DNA of 32,000 bases from Desulfocapsa sulfexigens DSM 10523 (GCF_000341395.1 NC_020304.1:240001-272000), one strand, 5' to 3'; positions 24,406-31,993 are shown, counted from the stretch's first letter. Notes: generated from the sequence alone by a model not told the origin. Translations and numbers: made by a program.

Positions 24406-24444
24406 AAAAAAAAGGGGTCAAGCCAAACAGGCTCAACCCCTTTT
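24406..24444 (-). terminator. Terminator hairpin adjacent to the tRNA-Arg 3' fragment
   Basis: GGGGTCAAGCC-aaaca-GGCTCAACCCC, an 11-position stem with a 2-nt internal mismatch. Flanked by A8 on the plus strand (T8 after the hairpin on the minus strand) and T4 on the other side. Confidence 0.6.
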
Positions 24445-24451
24445 CATTAAC

Positions 24452-24483
24452 TGGTACACTAGGGAGGATTCGAACCTACCGAC
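24452..24483 (-). repeat. Degenerate copy of the 3' end of tRNA-Arg (distal att-type repeat)
   Basis: tggtacactagGgaggattcgaacctAcCgac versus 29154-29185 tggtacactagGcaggattcgaacctGcgac. The first 26 nt differ at one position. Covers CCA, acceptor 3' strand and T-arm, in the same orientation as the intact tRNA. Confidence 0.8.
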
Positions 24484-24523
24484 AAGGCGACAAGTAGCGT
24501 AAATAATTAATAAAATAAATTAT

Positions 24524-24544
24524 GTGTGATACGGGTGTGATACG
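24524..24544 (+). repeat. Tandem GTGTGATACG decamers (11-bp period), candidate integrase arm-type sites
   Basis: GTGTGATACG-g-GTGTGATACG, 40 nt inside the distal island end. The same decamer plus a degenerate second copy occurs at 29084-29104 near the other end. Confidence 0.5.
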
Positions 24545-24695
24545 CATCTTTCATGGATTTGGGAAGATTACGTTACAGCTCAGGTGCGAGTGGGAATTGC
24601 AACACTGAACTTTGATTTACCTGTGACTTTGCAGCAAGGCTGAACTCCGAAAAACCGCGCTGCCCGCTCGTCACTTGTAGCGCCTTGTTAGGCTT

Positions 24696-25538
24696 TTATG
24701 GTGTTGTTACGGACATATAAGGACTCCCATCATCGTTTTTACCAATTTCAATTTCTATATACCCGTCTGTCCTTGTGGTTAAACAGCTTCTCTCCTTTAA
24801 ATTTCCAGTAGATTTGCTTGATACTGACCAACCTCCTGCATGTTGCGAATACCTTGCAGCAGCATCAGTATTCTGAACTCTACCGTCACTAACGACACAT
24901 AATTTAGGTTTTATTATTTTGAAAAGGTCCGAGTGGTAACCAGATTCACGTCCATGGTGACTGGATAGATAAAGATGGGCTCCATTGATAGCATCAACAA
25001 AATTTTGCTTACTAAGTAAGGACTTCCAAGATGGAAGTTCATTATCACCAGGTATTACTACTTTCACTCCACAATATTCAAAGACTACGACACCACTATG
25101 GTTGTTGATATTCGATGTACCACAATCTCTTGACGCGTGTTTTGTTATTGTAACTCCAGAACTTACATCTGGATTACCAACCAACTTTTCATTTTTAGTA
25201 GGGTGTATGAATCTATTGTTTGAAATGTCAAAATAGTAATCCAGTTTTTCAGTATAACTACTCTGATTGGCCTTTCTTACATCGTCTTCTGGCAACCACT
25301 TTGGTCTCCATATTTGCCGAACTTTGAAATCTTCTAATTGCAAAATCTCATCAATATGGTCCCCGTGCGGGTGTGTGATAATAAGGCTATCTATTGTATC
25401 TGTTTGTTCCCGCAACCAACTTAATGGCGAAAATTCTTCCGAACACCCGAGATCAATGACTATGGATTGTCCATTCGGAGTAAACGCATGGACAGCATGA
25501 CCATGACCAACATCGTGAATAAATAATTTTAATGTCAT
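24696..25538 (-). CDS. Metallo-beta-lactamase-fold protein, ComEC/Rec2 C-terminal-domain-like
   Basis: 280 aa. IHDVGHGHAVH then HxHxDH motif (ITHPHGDHIDE). Later SSHHGRESG and KPKLCVVSDG blocks, as in ComEC-type MBL domains. No signal peptide. Start overlaps the upstream stop (ATGA). Confidence 0.85.
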   Translation of the reverse strand: MTLKLFIHDVGHGHAVHAFTPNGQSIVIDLGCSEEFSPLSWLREQTDTIDSLIITHPHGDHIDEILQLEDFKVRQIWRPKWLPEDDVRKANQSSYTEKLDYYFDISNNRFIHPTKNEKLVGNPDVSSGVTITKHASRDCGTSNINNHSGVVVFEYCGVKVVIPGDNELPSWKSLLSKQNFVDAINGAHLYLSSHHGRESGYHSDLFKIIKPKLCVVSDGRVQNTDAAARYSQHAGGWSVSSKSTGNLKERSCLTTRTDGYIEIEIGKNDDGSPYMSVTTP

Positions 25539-26137
25539 CTTTGTTGTTTTTCCTTATGCACAGATTTGTCTGGGTGATATTTGCTATTTACGTACAAGTA
25601 TAAAGATGAAGCGCTGAATAAAATTAGTGAAAACACAACGGTGATTATCACGGCAATCGTAATTGTGCATTGCTGAGGATATTTCAAAAGCATATAAACA
25701 TAGGCAGTAAGCCCTGTAAAAATACCAACCTGCATTGATACAAAAAAGTTGAGCAAAGTGTGTGAACTTGTCCATTTGAATGCGTTAAATGATGTGCTCA
25801 AGTACATCTGGTTGTGAAATTTGTTTTCTTCAAGTTGTTCCAAACTATATCGGCGAATGGAGTTCACCTGCCTAACAGGGTAAATAAAATATAATCGGGT
25901 CTGTATTAAAACGGTAAATATTGAAAGCAACCCGATTGTTGCCACCAATGAAATAATGAATGTGAATTCCCAAAAAAATTGTTCCGCGTTGCCACTTAAC
26001 TGATAAATTGCTAGCAGCAATGAAGGAATTGCGCCACTCAACCCTGATGCATACTTAACAAGTGCTTGGTGTCTTTCATCGTAATACTTTATAAGAGAAA
26101 AACATTGCTCGTATTCTGTTTTTAAAAAATCATCCAT
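25535..26137 (-). CDS. Hypothetical 4-TM membrane protein
   Basis: 200 aa with four predicted helices: GLSGAIPSLLLAIYQL, FTFIISLVATIGLLSIFTVLI, LLNFFVSMQVGIFTGLTAYVYML, ITIAVIITVVFSLILFSASSLYLY. Translationally coupled to the MBL gene. No recognisable motif. Confidence 0.75.
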   Translation of the reverse strand: MDDFLKTEYEQCFSLIKYYDERHQALVKYASGLSGAIPSLLLAIYQLSGNAEQFFWEFTFIISLVATIGLLSIFTVLIQTRLYFIYPVRQVNSIRRYSLEQLEENKFHNQMYLSTSFNAFKWTSSHTLLNFFVSMQVGIFTGLTAYVYMLLKYPQQCTITIAVIITVVFSLILFSASSLYLYVNSKYHPDKSVHKEKQQR

Positions 26138-26409
26138 AAAAATTCCCGCTGATTATTTTTGTAGCCTAACCATTGATTAACAGGTCTCATTGCCCTGATA
26201 ATACCTAAAATACAACATTATCACTACAAAGATACCAGTTTTGTACTTAACTTATGAAATATACTAAAAATTCCCCTAAGTAAAGGGATACCGCTTATAA
26301 ATTATGTTTCTCTCAGTTTTTAAAACTGAGCCGCCGGAGGCATAATCTTCTAAATTCTTTTGCAGTTCAGTCTTTTTCCCCGATAGAATATTCTCACGCA
26401 CTGGCAAAG

Positions 26410-26428
26410 AAAAAAGGGCTTTCGCCCC
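26410..26428 (-). terminator. Short terminator after the 59-aa ORF
   Basis: Minus strand GGGC-GAAA-GCCC followed by TTTTTT, starting 6 nt after the stop. The stem is short, so confidence is modest. Confidence 0.45.
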
Positions 26429-26433
26429 TCCTT

Positions 26434-26613
26434 CTATTTATTTGCACAAATATTATTAATTTTATATTTCAAATCGTCTATCCATTCCCCTATCTGGTAA
26501 CATTTTTCCAATAATTCAGATTCTTTTTCATCGTCTTCAGTTTTTAAAAATTCATTGTAATAAAAATCGTACAAGTCATTCCAATTTTTTAAAATCGTAT
26601 TTAATTCTTTCAT
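26434..26613 (-). CDS. Hypothetical small acidic protein (59 aa), below ORF-track cutoff
   Basis: Hand translation: MKELNTILKNWNDLYDFYYNEFLKTEDDEKESELLEKCYQIGEWIDDLKYKINNICANK. Consensus SD GGAGG 6 nt before the ATG (26613). Terminator-like hairpin follows. Confidence 0.55.
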   Translation of the reverse strand: MKELNTILKNWNDLYDFYYNEFLKTEDDEKESELLEKCYQIGEWIDDLKYKINNICANK

Positions 26614-27114
26614 GGTGAACCTCCTTTAAATTAATAAAAATAAAAAACGTTCACCGGTTCAGCGAAAATGGAGCGGTTCTGTCAATAAAAAAATGCCCCT
26701 GCCAGATATGATTGATTATTGAAAAAGCAAAACAAGGAAGATTTAAATCGAAGAAAATTTTTTTATTTACAGGTTCGTGGAATGTCCCCGCTATAATTCG
26801 CCTAGAGTGATGATGTATATACCCTACCAGCCTATAAAAATATTTTTTATACACACGGATAGAATTATCCATGAAATATAGTCGCTGAAAGTCGGTTGTT
26901 TTGGGGGCGGCCCCGCAGGCCAATTTGCCAAAACTATAGAAGTTAAAAAAACAGATGAAATATTAAATTATATGGGAGTACACGCTCTAGGCCACGGGGT
27001 GAAGATGAATCTATCTGTCCTTACTATAGTGGAGAAGCAAACAGTAGGATAATAAAATTTTTGCATGCGGGGGAGCGCTGGCCGCCCCCTGTTATTTCCC
27101 CTGCCCTTCCAGCT

Positions 27115-27738
27115 TTATAGAATTTTTTTGACAGTTTTAATCTCGTCTCGGTTCAATGAAAACTCAGTTCCTTCCATGTTAGTTATGGTGTACATTTCAC
27201 CAATTTTTGTTGCGCTTTTTGCCTTAATTATCGAGCCATTAACAAGTTCAACCTGATAATAACGAAATTTTTCTGGTGGGTGGTAAGGTGGTTTAATTGG
27301 TGAGGTGTTAACAGTTTGAATATTGGATTTATATTTATTTTTTTGCAGTGCCAGTGCTTTTTGTATCGCCTTATCTAATTCTTTTTTGGTTACTGGATTA
27401 TCTTCCGAAGGATGACTCCTTTTCTCAGGTCTATTCGGTCTTGTCGTGATTGCTGGAAGTTCTGTAGCTCTTTGCGGATTGATTGCCACTGGATCTGAAA
27501 ATTCATTGGAATATTTCACATACATGAAATAGCCACCATAACCGACCATCCCAATACCAATGAATGATAGGATAAAAAATGTTACTGATTGTGTTACATT
27601 TGAACGATTCGGTCTTTTTGGTACAACTGGTTCTTGCCCAGCTTCAGAAAATTCACTTTGCCAGAATTTACTATCTTGTTTTCTTTTACCATGAATTTTA
27701 TTGATTAAAACTTTTGTGACTTTTGTAGGTTCGTTCAT
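27115..27738 (-). CDS. Hypothetical single-pass membrane protein
   Basis: 207 aa: basic N-terminus, one TM helix (VTFFILSFIGIGMVGYGGYFMYV), a Pro-rich linker, and a C-terminal beta-rich ~50 aa (YYQVELVNGSIIKAKSATKIGEMYTITNMEG). Confidence 0.65.
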   Translation of the reverse strand: MNEPTKVTKVLINKIHGKRKQDSKFWQSEFSEAGQEPVVPKRPNRSNVTQSVTFFILSFIGIGMVGYGGYFMYVKYSNEFSDPVAINPQRATELPAITTRPNRPEKRSHPSEDNPVTKKELDKAIQKALALQKNKYKSNIQTVNTSPIKPPYHPPEKFRYYQVELVNGSIIKAKSATKIGEMYTITNMEGTEFSLNRDEIKTVKKIL

Positions 27739-28291
27739 TTTAATTTAAACAATTAATATTGTAATATTTCACATAAAAGTTTCTTTTATCTGATTTTTGT
27801 TTAAACGATCTAGATCTCTCTCTTACTTCTTTCCCAAATAGACAAAAAATGCATAAAACATCCAAAAGGTGTGACAAGAGTAGAAATACACCAAAAAGAT
27901 GTTTCGACGGAATTCAATGATATAACGAAAAAAGTAACACAAAAATCAATAAAAACGCAAACAAAAGCCAGGGTAAAAATGAAAAGTTTGAAACTAATTG
28001 AAGTAATGCTTGAGGCATTTATTTGACATAGATACAATAATAAAAATGGTTGAGATTGCACAAAAAGAGAAAGAATTGATGGTAACCAGATGAATAAAAA
28101 AAAGAAAAAATATTATTGATTCTTCTATTTATAGTCTACACAGTTGGTGTTTTTGTTTACTCAGCATCACCACTCCATGCAGCCCCCCCACTAAATCAGT
28201 CGGTATAAATTTAGACAATGCCGACATCAAGAAACACATAAAATATATCATTGAATTAACAGGAAAAAAATCCTAGTAGATAACCAGGTGA

Positions 28292-29129
28292 ATTGTTGTT
28301 TTCAAAAATTATATAACTGTCGCCCAGGACTATTTCAAAAATACCAATGTTAAAGCGATACAGTTTGCACAGCTTGAAGATTTTATAGATTCATTAACCT
28401 GTGGTAAAAAAACCAAAGCCAATTACCTTTCCTCAATTCATAACTTCTACCGCTGGCTCCAACAAAGAAGAGAGACTAGCAATAATGATTTTCCAGAATT
28501 TCGACAATCAGTTATGAGCTCGGATTCAGGAAAACAGTAGATAAAGAAACCCAACAGGCAATTATAGCCCAGGTAAAAAAATCTCATATCACGTGAGCCC
28601 TAAAATATGGCTCGATATCAAGTGGCTTTCAACCTACATATCAATACGGCCCAATGAGCTTAGAAACATCAAGGAGAGCCATATAGACCTTAAACAAGGG
28701 TTTATATTCATCCCCCACCCAAAAGAAAAAAGGCCTAAGTATGTACCACTTGTTCACGACGACATTGAATTTTTAAAAACCTTTCCACGCTCATCCCCTG
28801 AAATGTATTTTTTCAGACATGAAAAAGGAATAAAAGGAGCTACCCCGGGTAGCCAGTTTGGTACGAATATATTTTATACTTTGTGGAAACGGGCTTGTAA
28901 GGATTTGGGAATTGAGGGAATAGATTTGTATGGTGGTACTCGACACAGTTCAGCAGTTGATTTAAGAAACTATGCAACACCAGAGCAAATTAAGCGTGCA
29001 AAAATGCATACAACGAATAAAGCTTTCGAAAGATATTTTCAGGTTTCGAAGGAAGAATTACAAGAAATGTATGAGTATACAAAGTGTGATACGCCTGTGA
29101 CACCAAAAAAGAAAAGGCACACCAGCTAA
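28292..29129 (+). pseudogene. Tyrosine recombinase (phage-type integrase), frameshifted and N-terminally eroded
   Basis: Three consecutive frames. 28292-28540: ...NTNVKAIQFAQLEDFIDSLTCGKKTKANYLSSIHNFYRWLQQR. 28516-28596: ELGFRKTVDKETQQAIIAQVKK. 28593-29129: catalytic domain with IRPNELR, GGTRHS, HTTNKAFERY. Each junction is a -1 shift, the second next to an A7 run. Confidence 0.75.
29084..29104 (+). repeat. GTGTGATACG decamer plus degenerate second copy (proximal arm)
   Basis: GTGTGATACG-c-CTGTGACACC inside the integrase 3' end, 50 nt from the tRNA 3' end. Same orientation and 11-bp period as 24524-24544. Confidence 0.45.
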
Positions 29130-29153
29130 ATAGCTGATATGCCTTGTACAATT

Positions 29154-29230
29154 TGGTACACTAGGCAGGATTCGAACCTGCGACCCCCTGATTCGTAGTC
29201 AGGTACTCTATCCAGCTGAGCTACTAGTGC
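29154..29230 (-). tRNA. tRNA-Arg (anticodon ACG)
   Basis: Minus strand: GCACTAGTAGCTCAGCTGGATAGAGTACCTGACTACGAATCAGGGGGTCGCAGGTTCGAATCCTGCCTAGTGTACCA. Folds as a cloverleaf: 7-bp acceptor with G1-U72, D-arm GCTC/GAGT, anticodon stem CCTGA/TCAGG, loop CTACGAA, T-arm GCAGG-TTCGAAT-CCTGC, encoded CCA. Confidence 0.95.
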
Positions 29231-29286
29231 ATATGGAAGGGTTTATATACCCTAGTTCAATCTTTTCCTCAAGACTGTTTTCAACC

Positions 29287-31317
29287 TTAATTCGCTTTTT
29301 CCTGCTTATGGCAGATAATTTCATGATCCGCAGGTTTCAGGGTTGGATCGGCGACAATAATAATATCTATTTTATTCCGAGATTCCATATCACTGATCTC
29401 GTTACGTTTATTATTAAGGAGATACTGCGCCACATCCAATGGAAAATGACATTCAACCTTCACCACTTCCTTTCTGCTGCCTCCGGTCTGGATGCGTCGC
29501 AGATAGAAAAGCGCGAGAGTCTCAACAGAACGGACAATCCCCCGTCCCTTACAATGCTCACAAACCCGGTAGTTACTGGTCTCAATGGGAGCTCCAAGTT
29601 TTTGCCTGGAAATCTGCATAAGGCCAAACTTCGAAATCCGGCTGATATCAACCTTGGCCCGATCCCGCTTCATGGCATTCTTAACCTGACGCTCAACCTC
29701 ACGAATATTACGGCTGACGCGCATATCAATAAAGTCCACCACAATCAGACCGCCAAGATCACGAAGACGCAATTGACGGGCAAGCTCCGTGGCAGCCTCC
29801 ATATTAGCCTTAAAAATCGATTCCTCAAAGTTCTTGCCCTTACCGGTTGAACCGGAGTTCACGTCAATGGCAACAAGTGCCTCGGTAGGATCAATAACAA
29901 TGGAACCGCCAGAGGGAAGCTGCACCTGAGGCTGATAAATAGACTCAATTTGATCTTCCACATTATACTGGTTAAAAATAGGACGTGTCCCCTTATGCAA
30001 TCTGGCCTTGGCACCTTTCTGCTTGGCAGGAAGCATATCAAGGAAATCCTTAACTTTTTCGAGAGCAGCCAGATCGTCCACCAGAATCTCTTTAATTTCG
30101 GGATCAAAATGCTCCCGAAGAAAACGCAGAACGCAGTCATGATCCTGGTAGACCAGTCCCACACCTTCCATTGCCTGCCCTTTCAGCTTGATCTCATTCC
30201 AGAGCCTTGACAATGAACGGACATCCTTAGTAAGTGCAGTTTTAGTAACATCCATACTTGCTGTACGAACAATCCAGCCCACACCTTCGGGAATATTCAG
30301 AGAACCCATGATTTCACGCAACTGCGAACGACGCTCCTCACCACTGATCTTTCTCGATATTCCAGAAGAATCAGAGCCAGGCATAAGTACCACTCCACGC
30401 CCAGGAATGGAAAGATAGGTGGTCATATTGGCCCCTTTATTTCCCACCTCTTCTTTTACAACCTGAACCAGAACCTCCTGCCCCCGCTCAAGGACATCGG
30501 TTACTCTCAGCTTCTTCCACTGATGCTGTTCAATATAGCGTTTGTTCTCCTCACTGATTTCCTGTTTATAGTATTCAGGATGGATCTCATTAAAGGGAAG
30601 GAAGCCGTTTTTATCAGTACCGTAGTCAACAAAGGCGGCCTGCAGATTACTCTCGATGGCTACTATTTTTGCTTTATAAATATTATTTTTTGTCTGCTTG
30701 GAGGAAAGAGTGGAAACATGAATGGATTCCAGCCGTCCATCAGCGAGAAGCGCAAGACGACACTCCTCTGGTTCTTCAGCATTAACAAGAAGCTTTAACA
30801 GCGGTGGCTTTTCCATGGAAACAGGTTTTTCAACCGCTGGTTCCGGCTGCTTTCCTTTTCCCGGTCCCTTTGCCTGCTGGTTACTCCGCCCACCACGAGG
30901 ACGTGACGGTTTGGTTTTTGGCTTCGCCTCTTCTGAAGTATCAACTTTTACCGGATCTGACCCGTCTGTCATCTGTGATCCAGCAGGCAACTGATCAGCT
31001 TCCACCAACACATCAGGTTGCTTCACCTCTGCCTTTGCCTTCTCCGCAACCTCAGCTGTCGGCTTTTTTCTGGGAACCGGCTTCTTTCGAGGGGCTCGAG
31101 GCTTGGCTGCACTCTTTACAGCTGTTGTTTTTTTTCGTGCCTTAGGAGCGGTTTTTTTCGCAGGCTCTGCCGTTTCAACAACACCTGCTGTGACATCAGG
31201 TACATCTGGAACCGTTTCCTTTTTTTTCGTACTCTTCCACCAGGCACCGGTTGATGCCTTTTTCACAGTTTTTTCCTGCACAGCCTTTTTCTTTGGCTCT
31301 GCTTTTTTGTCTACCAT
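29287..31317 (-). CDS. Ribonuclease E/G family endoribonuclease with N-terminal basic low-complexity extension
   Basis: 676 aa. From residue ~172: S1 domain (IYKAKIVAIESNLQAAFVDYGTDKNGFLP), DNase-I-like and Zn-link blocks (GGSIVIDPTEALVAIDVNSG, GGLIVVDFIDM, CEHCKGRG). Residues 1-170 are Lys/Pro/Ala-rich. SD AGGAAA. Confidence 0.93.
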   Translation of the reverse strand: MVDKKAEPKKKAVQEKTVKKASTGAWWKSTKKKETVPDVPDVTAGVVETAEPAKKTAPKARKKTTAVKSAAKPRAPRKKPVPRKKPTAEVAEKAKAEVKQPDVLVEADQLPAGSQMTDGSDPVKVDTSEEAKPKTKPSRPRGGRSNQQAKGPGKGKQPEPAVEKPVSMEKPPLLKLLVNAEEPEECRLALLADGRLESIHVSTLSSKQTKNNIYKAKIVAIESNLQAAFVDYGTDKNGFLPFNEIHPEYYKQEISEENKRYIEQHQWKKLRVTDVLERGQEVLVQVVKEEVGNKGANMTTYLSIPGRGVVLMPGSDSSGISRKISGEERRSQLREIMGSLNIPEGVGWIVRTASMDVTKTALTKDVRSLSRLWNEIKLKGQAMEGVGLVYQDHDCVLRFLREHFDPEIKEILVDDLAALEKVKDFLDMLPAKQKGAKARLHKGTRPIFNQYNVEDQIESIYQPQVQLPSGGSIVIDPTEALVAIDVNSGSTGKGKNFEESIFKANMEAATELARQLRLRDLGGLIVVDFIDMRVSRNIREVERQVKNAMKRDRAKVDISRISKFGLMQISRQKLGAPIETSNYRVCEHCKGRGIVRSVETLALFYLRRIQTGGSRKEVVKVECHFPLDVAQYLLNNKRNEISDMESRNKIDIIIVADPTLKPADHEIICHKQEKAN

Positions 31318-31964
31318 AATTTTCCTTTACCGAAAAAAGCCAGGCTCATTTCGGTACATTTGTGACACCCCTCTTGTAAGGGCTGTTGCATTTTTTAACA
31401 GAAAAAAGACCACTCAGGAGCCATCTTCTTCCCAGCATTATATTTTGTCGTCAATTTGCCAGGCACGGGTTTTCGGGATGTGTTACCCCGCCCCCCGGTC
31501 TTGATGGGAACAGTACTTACCCTCAACACCCCTGCAACGTTTCTGACACTTTTCCTGGACGAGAAATTCAACGTATTATCGCTTAACCCCTCTTCCATAT
31601 ATTTTCCCGGGGATATCCCGGTTCTCATCGCTCTATTGATGCACTGAAAGCTTGCAGCAAAGAACAAATCAATTCATTTATTCACACTACTTTATACTGC
31701 AATCAGCACACTCTTGCAACAGCAGGTGAATCAACAAGGGGGTGGAACCCACTTTTCTCGAAATCCATCAAACAACACATCAACAGGGAAGACTGGCTGA
31801 ACAGCAGAGAAAAAGGCACGGTTGAACGTATGATTGTGTACAGGTAATGCTTTCAGCAGAGAAAGCAAAAAAACACTGTTCATCTTTTCAAAAGCACACT
31901 ACAATGCTACATGCAAAATAAAACAATTTCCCTTTATTATCAAGGCAAATATGTGATTTTAAAC

Positions 31965-31993
31965 TTGACACCAATCGCCCATCCTCGTACATT
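31965..31993 (+). promoter_or_regulatory. Possible sigma-70 promoter reading out of the window
   Basis: TTGACA (31965-31970), 17-nt spacer, TACATT (31988-31993). Motif match only; the target gene lies outside the window. Confidence 0.3.

Larger units (their letters stand above)
24452..29185. mobile_element. Decayed tRNA-Arg-associated genomic island (~4.7 kb)
   Basis: Bounded by the intact tRNA-Arg 3' end and its degenerate direct repeat. Integrase remnant abuts the tRNA. The interior is visibly more AT-rich than the flanks. All cargo genes are of unknown function. Confidence 0.75.

Noticed and set aside
26651-26923. 90-aa minus-strand ORF upstream of the 59-aa gene.
   Set aside because: No SD at either candidate start, odd composition (His/Phe/Ile runs), and overlap with the GC-rich palindromic segment. 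It is more likely a non-coding promoter or leader region.
26903-27090. Inverted GC-rich decamers GGGGGCGGCC (26904-26913) and GGCCGCCCCC (27081-27090) flanking ~170 nt of AT-rich DNA, plus GTTTTGG...CCAAAAC around the first. A structured ncRNA, retron-like or MITE-like element was considered.
   Set aside because: There is no reverse transcriptase, no further complementarity between the arms, and no match to RNA families I can recognise (tmRNA, SRP, 6S, RNase P). The second decamer may be part of a weak terminator hairpin for 27115-27738. It may be worth a covariance-model scan, but the sequence alone does not support it.
27810-28061. 83-aa very hydrophobic minus-strand ORF in the island; a small membrane toxin or holin was considered.
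   Set aside because: It has a GTG start without an SD. Its Phe/Ile/Leu/Ser-rich composition is what AT-rich non-coding DNA gives when translated. It has no terminator or partner gene.
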